DNA from: Chloroflexota bacterium
GTDB taxonomy: Bacteria > Chloroflexota > Anaerolineae > UBA4142
NCBI GenBank assembly: GCA_037440625.1
Contig: JBBITT010000010.1
Coordinates: 15,696 to 79,695, forward strand
Direction of reading: 5' to 3'
DNA: 64,000 nucleotides
The translations under genes were made by a program, and so were the position numbers. Positions 53,173-63,214 of the stretch are shown in pieces. The notes below the pieces were generated by a model. It was not told the DNA's origin. It searched no databases and saw nothing but the letters and a program-made list of their open reading frames with translations. How positions within the stretch are numbered: the first letter of the stretch is position 1; every line of letters starts with the position of its first letter.

Positions 53173-53868
53173 ATGGATGAAACTCAAGAAGGATTTCAAA
53201 TTGCAACCCTCGTCGTCATTGTGATGATTGTGTTGGTGGTGATGTACTATTTGATGATCTTTATCAATCCCCAGGTTGCGATGAATCCTTTCAAGCCGCC
53301 GGTCTCGCCGACTGCCACGCGGCCTGGTTTGCCACCGACGTGGACACCCACGCCCACATTTACACCGACGAATACACCGACCGCTACGCCCACGTTCACG
53401 CCCACGCCAACCGAAACACCTACGCGGACCCCCACCAACACACCGGTCGCCACAGCCACGCGCACGCGTCCGCCGTGGACAAACACACCGCGCCCGCCAA
53501 CAGCATCGCCCTATTCGTACAGCGTTTCGTACGCGGGTTGTTTTCACTCGGGCGGAACATTCATCGAAGGATACGTCAACTCGGCGACGGGTCCTCTTTC
53601 CGGCATTCGCATAGCTTTGGGAACATCGCCTGGCACTAACCCCAGCGATATTGTTTACACCGAAGGTTCGGAGGGACGGCCGGGGCATTATACCTTTGTG
53701 CTGCGAGCGCAAGGTTCACGCCCGGGCACGTGGTACGTCTGGGTCGCCGATGCAACCGGCAAACCGCTTTCCGATCCCAATGCCGGGCGCGTTGTAACCA
53801 ACGATATTCGCAATCCGGATGATCCCAGCGCGTGCTGGCGCGCTGAAGTAAATTTCGCAAGACGCTAA
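53173..53868 (+). CDS. Membrane-anchored Pro/Thr-linker protein, paralog 1
   Basis: TM, NPQ..NPFKP, TPT repeats and a C-terminal domain C.HSGGT...ACW. Confidence 0.8.
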   Translation: MDETQEGFQIATLVVIVMIVLVVMYYLMIFINPQVAMNPFKPPVSPTATRPGLPPTWTPTPTFTPTNTPTATPTFTPTPTETPTRTPTNTPVATATRTRPPWTNTPRPPTASPYSYSVSYAGCFHSGGTFIEGYVNSATGPLSGIRIALGTSPGTNPSDIVYTEGSEGRPGHYTFVLRAQGSRPGTWYVWVADATGKPLSDPNAGRVVTNDIRNPDDPSACWRAEVNFARR

Positions 53869-53878
53869 CCCCATCGCT

Positions 53879-54583
53879 ATGCCAAGCAAATCTGATGACG
53901 CTTATCAAATTGGGACACTAATCATTGCAACGCTGAGCGTGGTCGTGGCGGTGTTCTACTTGCTCATCTTTATCAATCCGCAGATTGCTTTTAATCCATT
54001 CAAGCCGCGTCGCGCGCCAACCTTACTTGCCGTGATTCCGACCTTGCCGCCGACGTGGACGCCCACTGCGACGCCAACTTGGACCCCAACGCCAACGAGC
54101 ACATCCACTTTTACGCCCACGCCGACTTTATCACCATCGCCAACGAACGCGCCAACGAATACGCCCACCGCCACGCCGCGTCCAGCCACGCGTACGCCAA
54201 TACCCACTAGTCCGCCGCCTACACCTATCCCATCACCCTACGTGTACAAGCCAGTGTTTCGATGCGAGCATTCGGGTGGGACGTACATCAAAGGCAAGGT
54301 AACCAGCGGCGGACAACCGCAGGATGGGATTCGTGTGCGTTATGCGACCGATCCGGATCCAGCAACCATCGTGGAAGAACAATTTACGCGCAATGGTGGC
54401 GAGTACTCGTTTACGCTCAAAGCCATCGGCTCCTTTGGTTCGCAGCCGGCGGTATGGTATGTTTGGATCGTGGATGCCGCCGGCACGCCCATCTCTGACC
54501 CGTATTTTCATTTCTCGACCAATAATTATCCGCCCGGTGATCCTAGCGCGTGTTGGCTGGCGACGGTGGACTTTGTCAAATGA
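53879..54583 (+). CDS. Membrane-anchored Pro/Thr-linker protein, paralog 2
   Basis: Same motifs as 53173-53868. Confidence 0.8.
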   Translation: MPSKSDDAYQIGTLIIATLSVVVAVFYLLIFINPQIAFNPFKPRRAPTLLAVIPTLPPTWTPTATPTWTPTPTSTSTFTPTPTLSPSPTNAPTNTPTATPRPATRTPIPTSPPPTPIPSPYVYKPVFRCEHSGGTYIKGKVTSGGQPQDGIRVRYATDPDPATIVEEQFTRNGGEYSFTLKAIGSFGSQPAVWYVWIVDAAGTPISDPYFHFSTNNYPPGDPSACWLATVDFVK

Positions 54584-54610
54584 GGGCAACCCAAACGGTT
54601 GCCCTTCTTA
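54583..54610 (+). terminator. Stem-loop after the paralog pair
   Basis: AGGGCAACC-caaac-GGTTGCCCT followed by TCTTA. Confidence 0.6.
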
Positions 54611-54724
54611 TTTGCGACTAGGTTTTGGTTTGCTTACAAGAAAAAAAGAGCCGCGGTACTATTGACCCTTGGCAATGGCAATGATAATATTCCATTGCGA
54701 AATCATTCCGGTTCAAATCTAACT

Positions 54725-55078
54725 ATGACAATTACTCAGTCAGCGTTGACCGCAAACTCCTCGTTCCCCCTCTCTACCCAAGAAATTGATGTCGAATTAT
54801 TCACCTTCATTGAACGTTACGTTACGAATTTGGTGCGATGGGATTTATTGATCTTTTTTGGACGCCATCCAGCAATGCACCTTGAGGCACATCAGGTTGC
54901 TCAACGCATCGGTCGTTCGCCGCGCTTGGTGCAAAAAGAATTGGACGACTTGGTCTATCTTGGGATCGTACGGCTCTATCGAACCGATAGCCAAGTGCAA
55001 TATGGACTGACTCGTTCCACTGCCACACGCCGCGCGGTGATTCGGATGGCACGCGATTATAATTTGTACCGCGCGTGA
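54725..55078 (+). CDS. Small winged-helix-like protein
   Basis: VAQRIGRS...VQKELDDLVYLGIV...Y.L pattern. Confidence 0.65.
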   Translation: MTITQSALTANSSFPLSTQEIDVELFTFIERYVTNLVRWDLLIFFGRHPAMHLEAHQVAQRIGRSPRLVQKELDDLVYLGIVRLYRTDSQVQYGLTRSTATRRAVIRMARDYNLYRA

Positions 55079-55098
55079 ATCTACCGCGTGCTGATTCC

Positions 55099-55156
55099 AG
55101 AGGCAAAGCCAAACCGCTTTGCCTCTTTTGCTTTTCCTCGCCGATTCGACTATAAT
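55099..55156 (+). terminator. Terminator overlapping the next promoter
   Basis: AGAGGCAAAGC/GCTTTGCCTCT plus TTTGCTTTT; TTGCTT (55128)-17 nt-TATAAT (55151). Confidence 0.7.
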
Positions 55157-55183
55157 CGGCACGACACTGGCGGGGAGGCAAGC

Positions 55184-55828
55184 ATGGAAATTGATTGGTT
55201 TGGTCATGCGTGTTTTCGTTTGCGTGGTCGCGATGGCACAGTCATTACCGATCCGTACGACAAAGAGATTGGTCTCAGTTTTGCGCGCCCACGCGGCGAT
55301 CTTGTAACGATTAGTCACAATCATCCCGGGCATTCGTTTGCGAAAGGGGTCAAGGGCGACCCTAAAATCATCGAAGGACCCGGCGAATATGAAATCAAAA
55401 ATATCTTTGTTACCGGCGTGCCTTCGGCGCACGATAAAAAAGGAGGTAAGGAACGCGGCGCCAACACGATCTATGTGTTCGATATAGACGGTTTGACCGT
55501 GTGCCACCTGGGCGATCTGGGACACGTGCCATCGCAAACCCAAGTTGAAGCGTTGGGGAACGTAAACGTGTTGCTCGTACCAGTCGGTGGTGTATCAACG
55601 ATCAGCGGAAGCGAGGCGGCAGAAATCGTTTCACTGCTCGAACCGCAAATCGTCATTCCAATGCACTATGCCCACCCTGACCTCACGTTCAAACTCGACA
55701 CACCGGCAAAATTTTTCAAAGAGATGGGGATCAAAGCCCCCGACCCGGTGGCTAGTCTTAAGGTAACCAAAGATTCTTTGCCGAACGAAACTCAGGTCGT
55801 GGTGTTGGAAGCCAAACAGAAAGAATAA
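55184..55828 (+). CDS. MBL-fold metallo-hydrolase (Lactamase_B_3-like)
   Basis: GHACF, TDPY, SHNHPGH, HLGDLG and IPMHY. Confidence 0.88.
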   Translation: MEIDWFGHACFRLRGRDGTVITDPYDKEIGLSFARPRGDLVTISHNHPGHSFAKGVKGDPKIIEGPGEYEIKNIFVTGVPSAHDKKGGKERGANTIYVFDIDGLTVCHLGDLGHVPSQTQVEALGNVNVLLVPVGGVSTISGSEAAEIVSLLEPQIVIPMHYAHPDLTFKLDTPAKFFKEMGIKAPDPVASLKVTKDSLPNETQVVVLEAKQKE

Positions 55829-55838
55829 CGCTTGAATC

Positions 55839-56189
55839 GTGGCGATGCTATCGAATAACGTGGCGGTGCAGAAAATTGAGAACGCGGACGACCTCCGCGC
55901 CGAAATCCAAAAAATCGGCGCGGATTTATCTGCATCGCCTCACCTTATCCCGGCACTCAAGGTGCAAGGGGTTGTGCCCAAACTGGCGCGCTTTGTGTAT
56001 CAAGAGATGATGTTGGAAGGCGGCTGGGTGGCTTTACCCGCACGAATGAACGATCGTTCGGCGCAACCGGTAACTATTTTGATTGGTGGCACAACGTTGC
56101 AGCTTGAACATTTGATCGTGCGTCTGCGCACGCAAAACACCGACGAGTTGAATTTTCTGGCAGAGGAGTTGGCACAGCATTTACCCTAG
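55839..56189 (+). CDS. Hypothetical protein resembling the N-terminal extension of some dihydropteroate synthases
   Basis: Pattern E...IGAD...QEM..EGG.VA...ILIGGT..Q...L..RL..Q; recognised from memory only. Confidence 0.55.
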   Translation: MAMLSNNVAVQKIENADDLRAEIQKIGADLSASPHLIPALKVQGVVPKLARFVYQEMMLEGGWVALPARMNDRSAQPVTILIGGTTLQLEHLIVRLRTQNTDELNFLAEELAQHLP

Positions 56190-56346
56190 GACCTTGTCAG
56201 TCAAATGTTTGCCCAAAGTTTTTGGGAGTCCACGAAGAAAAAGAAGGAAAAAAATAAGAATCTTGGTGTGTCTTCGTGGAAAGATTTCTGCTTGATTTAG
56301 GTTTGTCCGAGTTAGGGGTATCTGTGCGATCCGTGAAGAACGATTG

Positions 56347-57390
56347 ATGAACTCTTCCAAACTTTTTACCGAAATCAATGAACAACCCGCCGCGCTCCAC
56401 CGTTTCTTGGACGCCGAATCGGCAAATGTGCAACGCATCGCCGAAGCGATCCGTCGTGCGAACGTTCAGTATGTAACGATCGCCGCGCGCGGCACCTCGG
56501 ACAATGCGGCAACGTACGCCAAGTACATCTTTGCCTCGTTCAATCGGTTGCCGGTGGCGTTGGCAACCCCCTCCCTCTACACGATCTATCAAATGCCGCC
56601 GCGCCTCACCGGCTCGCTCGTGATCGGCATCTCGCAATCCGGTCAATCGCCGGATATCGTGGCAGTGTTGGAAGAAGCGCGCAAACAAAACGTACCCACC
56701 TTAGCGATAACCAATTTCGGCGATTCGCCCTTGGCACGCATCGCCGATCACGTCATTTTGCAACACGCCGGCGCAGAGCAAACCATCGCGGCGACGAAAA
56801 CGTACACGACGCAACTCTGTGCCTTGGCACTCTTTTCGGCTGCGTTGGCAAACGATGAGGGGCGTCGCCAAGAAATCGCCGCGATCCCGGAAGCGGTGGC
56901 ACGCACGCTGGCGTTGAACGAGGCAGCCGAATTTGCCGCCGCGCGTTGGGCAATCGCGACGACGTGCATCGTCATCGGACGCGGCTACAATTATGCGACG
57001 GCGTACGAAATCGCGCTCAAGTTCAAAGAACTGGCGTACGTTACTGCCGAGCCATTTTCCTCCGCCGATTTTTTGCATGGACCGATTGCGATTCTCCAAG
57101 GTGGCTATCCCGTCTTGTTCATTGCGCCGCGCGGGCGCGTGTTCGATGATTTGCTCGCTGTGGCGCAACAACTCAAACAGCGTGGCGCAGACTTGGTGAT
57201 GATTTCCGATGAACCCGATGCGCTTGCACTTGCGCGCGCGCCATTGCAGTTGCCGGTATCGTTGCCAGAATGGTTGTCACCGTTGATCGCTGTGGTGCCG
57301 GGGCAATTGCTGGCATATCACCTAACCAGCGCGAAAGGGTACGACCCGGATCATCCGCGCGGGCTGACCAAAGTGACCAAAACGTTGTAA
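56347..57390 (+). CDS. Double-SIS sugar-phosphate isomerase/deaminase (GlmS C-terminal-like)
   Basis: EI.EQP, RGTS, SQSGQS, ATKTYT, ALKFKE, HGP and P..LTKVT; no glutaminase domain. Confidence 0.88.
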   Translation: MNSSKLFTEINEQPAALHRFLDAESANVQRIAEAIRRANVQYVTIAARGTSDNAATYAKYIFASFNRLPVALATPSLYTIYQMPPRLTGSLVIGISQSGQSPDIVAVLEEARKQNVPTLAITNFGDSPLARIADHVILQHAGAEQTIAATKTYTTQLCALALFSAALANDEGRRQEIAAIPEAVARTLALNEAAEFAAARWAIATTCIVIGRGYNYATAYEIALKFKELAYVTAEPFSSADFLHGPIAILQGGYPVLFIAPRGRVFDDLLAVAQQLKQRGADLVMISDEPDALALARAPLQLPVSLPEWLSPLIAVVPGQLLAYHLTSAKGYDPDHPRGLTKVTKTL

Positions 57391-57539
57391 GTGCTTCGCA
57401 CGGGTGATTCCCCCGCGCGCGATTGGCAACGGCAGAGAACGCAGAGAAAAAACTAAACTCCGTTTTGCGATCTCTGGTGAGGTTTGGGTAATCCCCATAT
57501 TTTGCACTCTTGATTTGTTGTGTTAGAATAGTATCAATC

Positions 57540-59030
57540 ATGAAACGCATTCTGCTGTTCCTCGTTTTCTGCCTTGCGGTTGCTTTGGGATTGTTGCTCA
57601 CCGAAAACGTGCATGCGCAACGCCCGCCGCTCGTGCTCGCATTCTATTACAACTGGTTCGATGAGAACACGTGGCGTGCAGACAAGGTGCCGGATCTGCC
57701 AGCCCAAACTTACGCCTCGCGTGATCCCAATGCCATGGCGCGTCACATTCGCCAAGCCCGCGATGCGGGCATTGATGCGTTTATCGTCTCGTGGTGGGGC
57801 GCGGGCAACCAAACTGATGACAATCTCAAAGTGATGCTCGATCTGGCGCGCGGAATGGATTTCAGAGTTGGCGTGGACTTTGAATTGACCTCGCCCTTTT
57901 ATCGCTCCAAAGATGACGTGATTCGTTCGCTCAAGAATTTGATGGCGACTCACGTCAATCACCCGGCTTATGCGCGTTCCGAAGGCAAGCCGATCATCTT
58001 TTTTTGGCGTCAGCAAAACTATTCGGTGGATGAATGGCAAGCCATTCGCAACCAAGTTGATCCGGAACGCCGCACGCTTTGGATCGCCGAAGGTCTCGAC
58101 GTCTCGTACTTGCGCGTGTTCGATGGGCATCATCTTTATATGATCGCGTGGGCACCCAACCCGCAAGCCGAACTCAATAAATGGCCCCGCCGCATCGCCG
58201 CGTTCGGCGCAGACAAGATTTGGGTCGCGACGGTCAATCCCGGCGCAGACAATCGCAAGACCACGCAATCGGAAAAGGTGGTGCGCGATCGGCAGAATGG
58301 CGAGTATTATCGCGAGACGTGGCGTGCCGCATTCGCCACCTATCCCGATTGGATTATGATCACCAGTTGGAATGAGTGGCCCGAAGGCACAATGATCGAG
58401 CCGAGCGTATCGTACGGCAACTTGTATCTCGACATCACGCGTGAGTACGCGGCGCAATTCAAACGTGGCTTGCCCACGCCCACCCCAACGTCCACGCGGA
58501 CGCCCACGCTAACACCTTCACCCACCGCAACTGCGACGATCACGCCATCCGGGCGAGCATCCCTTTCGATTACGCGCACCACACCGCTCACACCCACCCG
58601 GGTCATCTCGAGTGTGCGCGCAACTATTTCAGACACGATTCGCGTGCGTGCCAAACCAACGACCGCTTCGGAGAATCTGGGTTTCTTGCGCGAGGGGATG
58701 CCGGTCACTTTGTTGGGGCAAAGCGAAGATGGATTGTGGTATCAGATTCCTTATCCCAACAATTTGATGCGCGGTTGGATCTTTGGCGGCTTTGTTGATC
58801 CCGATGATGATCCAGCGGCGTTGCGTGTCTTGAGTGCAGATGAGCAGGCACCCTTGCCTTCTCCCACAGCAACTCTATCGCCGACGCCAACTTTCACGCC
58901 AACATTCGAACCCACGCCGATTCCGGCAACGCTCACCGCCACGCCGACGTTGACACCTACGCCGCAGCCAACGGCAACACCTACAGCCGCCGGTTTTTCG
59001 CTTCGTTCGATTTTTCCATTCTTACCCTAA
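57540..59030 (+). CDS. Secreted GH99/GH71-like glycoside hydrolase with Pro/Thr linkers and SH3b domain
   Basis: Signal peptide, AFYYNW, GIDAFIVSWW, ITSWNEWPEGT.IEP and the SH3b pattern RVRAKP...WYQI...GWI. Confidence 0.8.
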   Translation: MKRILLFLVFCLAVALGLLLTENVHAQRPPLVLAFYYNWFDENTWRADKVPDLPAQTYASRDPNAMARHIRQARDAGIDAFIVSWWGAGNQTDDNLKVMLDLARGMDFRVGVDFELTSPFYRSKDDVIRSLKNLMATHVNHPAYARSEGKPIIFFWRQQNYSVDEWQAIRNQVDPERRTLWIAEGLDVSYLRVFDGHHLYMIAWAPNPQAELNKWPRRIAAFGADKIWVATVNPGADNRKTTQSEKVVRDRQNGEYYRETWRAAFATYPDWIMITSWNEWPEGTMIEPSVSYGNLYLDITREYAAQFKRGLPTPTPTSTRTPTLTPSPTATATITPSGRASLSITRTTPLTPTRVISSVRATISDTIRVRAKPTTASENLGFLREGMPVTLLGQSEDGLWYQIPYPNNLMRGWIFGGFVDPDDDPAALRVLSADEQAPLPSPTATLSPTPTFTPTFEPTPIPATLTATPTLTPTPQPTATPTAAGFSLRSIFPFLP

Positions 59031-59049
59031 ACGCGGAAGCATCGAAACT

Positions 59050-59595
59050 ATGGATTTGCAAAACGATATTGCCAAGATTCTGATTTCGCCCGAACAACTC
59101 CAACAACGTGTGGCCGAACTGGGCGAGGCGATTAGCCGGGATTATACGGGCAAAGATTTGTTGCTGGTCTGCATTCTCAAAGGCGGCGTCGTGTTCCTGA
59201 GTGATCTCATCCGTACGATTCGCATTCCCCACGCGATTGACTTTATGGCGATCTCGTCCTACGGCGGGGCGCGCACGGAATCGAGTGGGGTCGTGCGGAT
59301 TCTGATGGACTTGAACACGAGCATCGAAAATCGCAATGTGTTGATCGTTGAAGATATTATTGATACTGGGCATACCTTGTCGCACATTGTGGATTTGCTG
59401 AAAACCCGCGATCCACAATCGCTGCGGATTTGCACGTTGCTCAACAAGCCCAGCCGGCGAGAGGTGCCGGTCAAGGTGGATTACATCGGCTTTGATATTC
59501 CGAATGAATTTGTGGTGGGCTATGGCTTGGATTTTAACGAGGTGTATCGCAATCTGCCGTTTGTGGGCGTGCTAAAACCGGAAAAGTACACCTAG
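59050..59595 (+). CDS. hpt: Hypoxanthine phosphoribosyltransferase
   Basis: ILKGG, ISSY, VEDIIDTG and FVVGYGLD. Confidence 0.95.
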   Translation: MDLQNDIAKILISPEQLQQRVAELGEAISRDYTGKDLLLVCILKGGVVFLSDLIRTIRIPHAIDFMAISSYGGARTESSGVVRILMDLNTSIENRNVLIVEDIIDTGHTLSHIVDLLKTRDPQSLRICTLLNKPSRREVPVKVDYIGFDIPNEFVVGYGLDFNEVYRNLPFVGVLKPEKYT

Positions 59596-59699
59596 TGCAA
59601 CAACATGAAATAGTTGCATACCAGACTGATGGGAAGACGTTGACAGACGTGGCTAAAAATCGAGTTTTCACCACGCCCTTTCATGTTGGTGCACTACTA

Positions 59700-59726
59700 G
59701 CGGGGCGAGCCAACGGCTCGCCCCGC
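59700..59726. terminator. GC-rich hairpin between convergent genes (terminator or REP-like)
   Basis: GCGGGGCGAGCC-aac-GGCTCGCCCCGC. Confidence 0.6.
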
Positions 59727-59736
59727 GCTGTTTGGC

Positions 59737-60906
59737 TCAATCGTGAATCTTGGTTACGGCTTGGCGGATCTGTGCAAGGGCTTGCTGAATATTCTCCAAC
59801 GAATTGGCGTACGAAAAACGCAAATAGCCCTCGCCGGCGGAACCAAACGCCGTGCCACTGAGACACGCCACGCCGGCTTCGTTCAAAATATAATCGGCGA
59901 GTTTACGCGAATTCCACCCGGTCCCCGTAATGTTCGGAAACGCATAGAACGCACCTTGCGGTTTGAGGCACTTGAACCCGGGAATTGTGTTCATCCCTTC
60001 TACAATCGCTTCGCGCCGCGCTTTGAAGGCGGCGATCATTTGTTGCACCGAAGCTTGCGGTCCCCGCAATGCTTCGATGCCGGCGTATTGCACAAAATCG
60101 GCGACGCACGAGGTGGAATTGATTTGCATCAAGGTCATTTTTTCAGCGAGGTCGGCGGGCATAATGCCCCAGCCCAAGCGCCAGCCGGTCATAGCATACG
60201 TTTTCGAAAAGCCGTCCAGAATGACCAGACGATCGGCAAGCGTGGGGATGTTCAAGAAACTGTGGAACGTGCCGTCATACACCAAATGTCCGTAAATCTC
60301 ATCGGCAAAGATGGTGCAATCGTACTTGAGCGCGAGTTCGGCGACGATCTCTAAATCGGATTGCTCCAGCACGCCACCGGTGGGATTCGCCGGCGAGTTG
60401 AGGATGATCAACTTGGTGTGCCGATTCACTTGGGCGCGAAATTCATCGGGATCGAAACGAAAGTGATTGGCTTCGCGCAGGGTGTATGGAACCGCTATGC
60501 CGCCGGCATAATTGATCATACTTTCGTAGATGGGAAAGCCGGGATTAGGATACAATACTTGATCGCCCGACTCGACGAGCGCGAGGATCGTGAAAAACAT
60601 AATTGGCTTGGCGCCCGGCGTAACGACCACATTGTTCGGTGTGATGGAAACGCCGCGAGTGCGAAAGGTGTGTTCCACAATCGCTTCGCGCAGTTCAAGG
60701 ATGCCTTGGCTGGCGGTGTACTTGGTCTTGCCGTTGCGCAACGCGCGGATGCCGGCTTCGACGATGTTGGGAGGCGTGGGAAAATCCGGTTCGCCAAATT
60801 CCAGATGAATGATGCGGCGACCTTGCGCTTCGAGCGCGCGCGCTTTGTTGGCAACCTCAAAGGCACTCTCGGTGCCCAAACGATGGGTGCGTTCGGCGAA
60901 TCTCAT
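59737..60906 (-). CDS. PLP-dependent class I aminotransferase (AspAT-like)
   Basis: GEPDF, NSPANPTG, DEIY and GFSKTYAMTGWRLG. Confidence 0.93.
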   Translation of the reverse strand: MRFAERTHRLGTESAFEVANKARALEAQGRRIIHLEFGEPDFPTPPNIVEAGIRALRNGKTKYTASQGILELREAIVEHTFRTRGVSITPNNVVVTPGAKPIMFFTILALVESGDQVLYPNPGFPIYESMINYAGGIAVPYTLREANHFRFDPDEFRAQVNRHTKLIILNSPANPTGGVLEQSDLEIVAELALKYDCTIFADEIYGHLVYDGTFHSFLNIPTLADRLVILDGFSKTYAMTGWRLGWGIMPADLAEKMTLMQINSTSCVADFVQYAGIEALRGPQASVQQMIAAFKARREAIVEGMNTIPGFKCLKPQGAFYAFPNITGTGWNSRKLADYILNEAGVACLSGTAFGSAGEGYLRFSYANSLENIQQALAQIRQAVTKIHD

Positions 60907-60924
60907 CGGCTTGTGCTCCTCGGG

Positions 60925-61449
60925 CTAGGATTTTTTTCGCGATCGGCTGAGACGAAGTTGTTGACGCGCTTCGCCGTCTGCCCAACGACGGCGATCTTCT
61001 TCGGTTTCCAAAATCAAAGGCGGGACCGAGCAAGGCTTACCATCGTCATCGAGTGCGACGTAAACGGCAAACGCGGAATTGGTGTGCGTGATTTCGCCGG
61101 TGATGGGATTCTCGGCTTCGACGCGCACGCCGACTTCAATCGAAGATTTGCCCACCCAGTTGACGGCGGCGCGCAAGGTGAGCAAGTGGCCCACTTTGAC
61201 CGGCGAGAGGAAGGTGATCGAATCCATCGCCACGGTCACCACGGGGCGTCGTGCGTGCCGCATTGCTGCCAAACCGCCGGCTTCGTCAATCAATTTCATG
61301 ACGTGACCGCCGTGCACTTTGCCTAACGGATTCGCATCCGCCGGCATCATTTGTTGACTCATTTCGACTTTGGATTCGGACGCGCCTTTGGCGGGCAGTG
61401 CCGGATCGCCGCCGCGCACATCCAAACCGCTCGTTGCACCTTCAATCAT
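60925..61449 (-). CDS. Hotdog-fold acyl-CoA thioesterase (YciA-like)
   Basis: P.DANP.G.VHGG..MK.ID and YVALD..GKP. Confidence 0.9.
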   Translation of the reverse strand: MIEGATSGLDVRGGDPALPAKGASESKVEMSQQMMPADANPLGKVHGGHVMKLIDEAGGLAAMRHARRPVVTVAMDSITFLSPVKVGHLLTLRAAVNWVGKSSIEVGVRVEAENPITGEITHTNSAFAVYVALDDDGKPCSVPPLILETEEDRRRWADGEARQQLRLSRSRKKS

Positions 61450-61616
61450 CTTGGGACCATTGCTTTGGGATTTTGAGGCAAGTATAATCGGAATCGAATT
61501 TTTTTCAACTTGCCCTCCAGACAACGTTTTGACTTGTCTACGTCTTGCATTATAATGCGGACGATTTCTTTGGGGAGGTTACGCGTTGTTCATTTGGAGC
61601 GGAGATCACAAACGCG

Positions 61617-62066
61617 GTGTCTGATCATCTTTCTCAGCCGGAATCTTTGACCCCGCGCGGGTTTTGGGATTTATCGCCCAGCCAGCAGATCACGTATGGC
61701 TGTCTGGCGGTTGTGGTGATCGCCTTGGGCGTACTCTATTGTGCCGGGACTTTGAGTTTGATCGTGCGTCCATCTTTGCAACGACCGCCAACGGCAACTT
61801 TGTTAGCCAAGCCCACCCAGACGGCGACCGCCACGCGCGCGCCGGTGACATTGATTGTCCCAACGCGTGGCACACTTGCGCCGACCCCAACGCAAGCCCC
61901 CATCCCAACGCGCGAACTACCCACCTTAACACCAACGATTGATCTCACTAACCCAGCACCCAGTGTAACGATCACCGGCGCGCGCGCGACACTGACGATC
62001 ACCTCAACCCGGCGCATCATCACGGCGGCGCCGCCGCTCACCACCACGATCACCTCCCGACCTTGA
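61617..62066 (+). CDS. Small TM plus Pro/Thr-rich tail protein (start uncertain)
   Basis: Hydrophobic segment ending LYCAG followed by a T/P-rich tail. Confidence 0.6.
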   Translation: MSDHLSQPESLTPRGFWDLSPSQQITYGCLAVVVIALGVLYCAGTLSLIVRPSLQRPPTATLLAKPTQTATATRAPVTLIVPTRGTLAPTPTQAPIPTRELPTLTPTIDLTNPAPSVTITGARATLTITSTRRIITAAPPLTTTITSRP

Positions 62067-62072
62067 GGATTT

Positions 62073-63080
62073 ATGCAAATAGATTTGATTACCGATGTTT
62101 CAGTGTTCGATCAACTTGCGATCGAATGGCATCAAGTGCTACATCGCTCGGCGATGGATACGCTGTTTCTCACGCACGAATGGCAACGGGTGTGGTGGAA
62201 AACGCTGGGAACAGGTGAATTGCGCGTGATCACGTTCCGCGATGATGACCGTACCCTTGTTGGCATTGCGCCATTGTTTGCGCCACCCGCGCCGGATGGC
62301 TTGACATCGCTGAGGCTGATTGGTTGTGTGGACGTGTCCGATTATTTGGACATTATCGCCGCGCGCGGATACGAAGAGCAAGTGTATGCCGCCTTGCTTG
62401 ATACACTCACACAGCCCGATTTTCCGGCGTGGCACTCGCTCGATTTGTGTACCCTACCGGCTGCCTCACCCACGAACACGCTTTTCAAAACGATGGCACA
62501 GGCGCGCGGGTTCACGGTAGAGCATTATCCGCATGATGTTTCGCCGATTATCGAACTGCCGGAGGATTGGGAAACCTATCTCGCCACGCTCGATAAGAAA
62601 CAACGGCACGAGGTGCGGCGTAAACTTCGGCGCATCGAAGAGGTCAACGCCAAGTGGTACGTCATTGATTCGGCGGAGATGTTGGATCAAGCGGTGCTAG
62701 ATTTTATCGAATTGCACAAAAAGAGCCGTCCCGATAAGAATCTGTTTATGGACACGCGGATGCAAACCTTTTTTGCCGAGATGGCGCGCGCGTTGTTTGC
62801 GCAAGGATGGTTGCAACTTGCTTTCTTTGAGATCGAAGGCGAACGCGCGGCGGCAATTTGGAATTTTGTGTACAACAACGATGTGCTGGTGTACAACTCG
62901 GGCTACGATCCTATCCAGTACGGCGCGCTCAGTCCCGGCATCGTCCTCTTTGCGCATTCAATTCAGGATGCGATTGCGGCCAAGCGGCGGCGGTATGATT
63001 TCTTGCGCGGCAACGAGGCATACAAGTATCGCTTTGGGGCAAAGGATACCCAAGTGATGGGGTTGCATATTCGCAAATAG
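62073..63080 (+). CDS. GNAT family acyltransferase (CelD/BcsL-like)
   Basis: FLT.EW..W, GIAPL, SDYLD, SPG and DFLRG.E.YK..FG. Confidence 0.85.
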   Translation: MQIDLITDVSVFDQLAIEWHQVLHRSAMDTLFLTHEWQRVWWKTLGTGELRVITFRDDDRTLVGIAPLFAPPAPDGLTSLRLIGCVDVSDYLDIIAARGYEEQVYAALLDTLTQPDFPAWHSLDLCTLPAASPTNTLFKTMAQARGFTVEHYPHDVSPIIELPEDWETYLATLDKKQRHEVRRKLRRIEEVNAKWYVIDSAEMLDQAVLDFIELHKKSRPDKNLFMDTRMQTFFAEMARALFAQGWLQLAFFEIEGERAAAIWNFVYNNDVLVYNSGYDPIQYGALSPGIVLFAHSIQDAIAAKRRRYDFLRGNEAYKYRFGAKDTQVMGLHIRK

Positions 63081-63130
63081 GAGCCGCCAACGTTCTAGCA
63101 CATTCTTAACACGTCGAAGTTTCGGCAAGG

Positions 63131-63159
63131 TTGCCAATTGCCGCGAAAGCGGCTATAAT
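63131..63159 (+). promoter_or_regulatory. rpsA promoter
   Basis: TTGCCA-17 nt-TATAAT. Confidence 0.65.
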
Positions 63160-63214
63160 ATAATTGCGAAACGGATGGATTTGATGAAAGAGCGAAATCC
63201 AGTTCTCGCAAAAA

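Noticed and set aside
53330-54230. Tandem ACGCCC/ACACC repeats as a CRISPR or VNTR
   Set aside because: They are codons for Thr-Pro linkers; there is no constant repeat-spacer structure and no cas gene.
54583-55126. GGCAAA/GGGCAA hairpins as c-di-GMP-I riboswitches
   Set aside because: No GAAA tetraloop/receptor or second stem; both sit right after stop codons like terminators.
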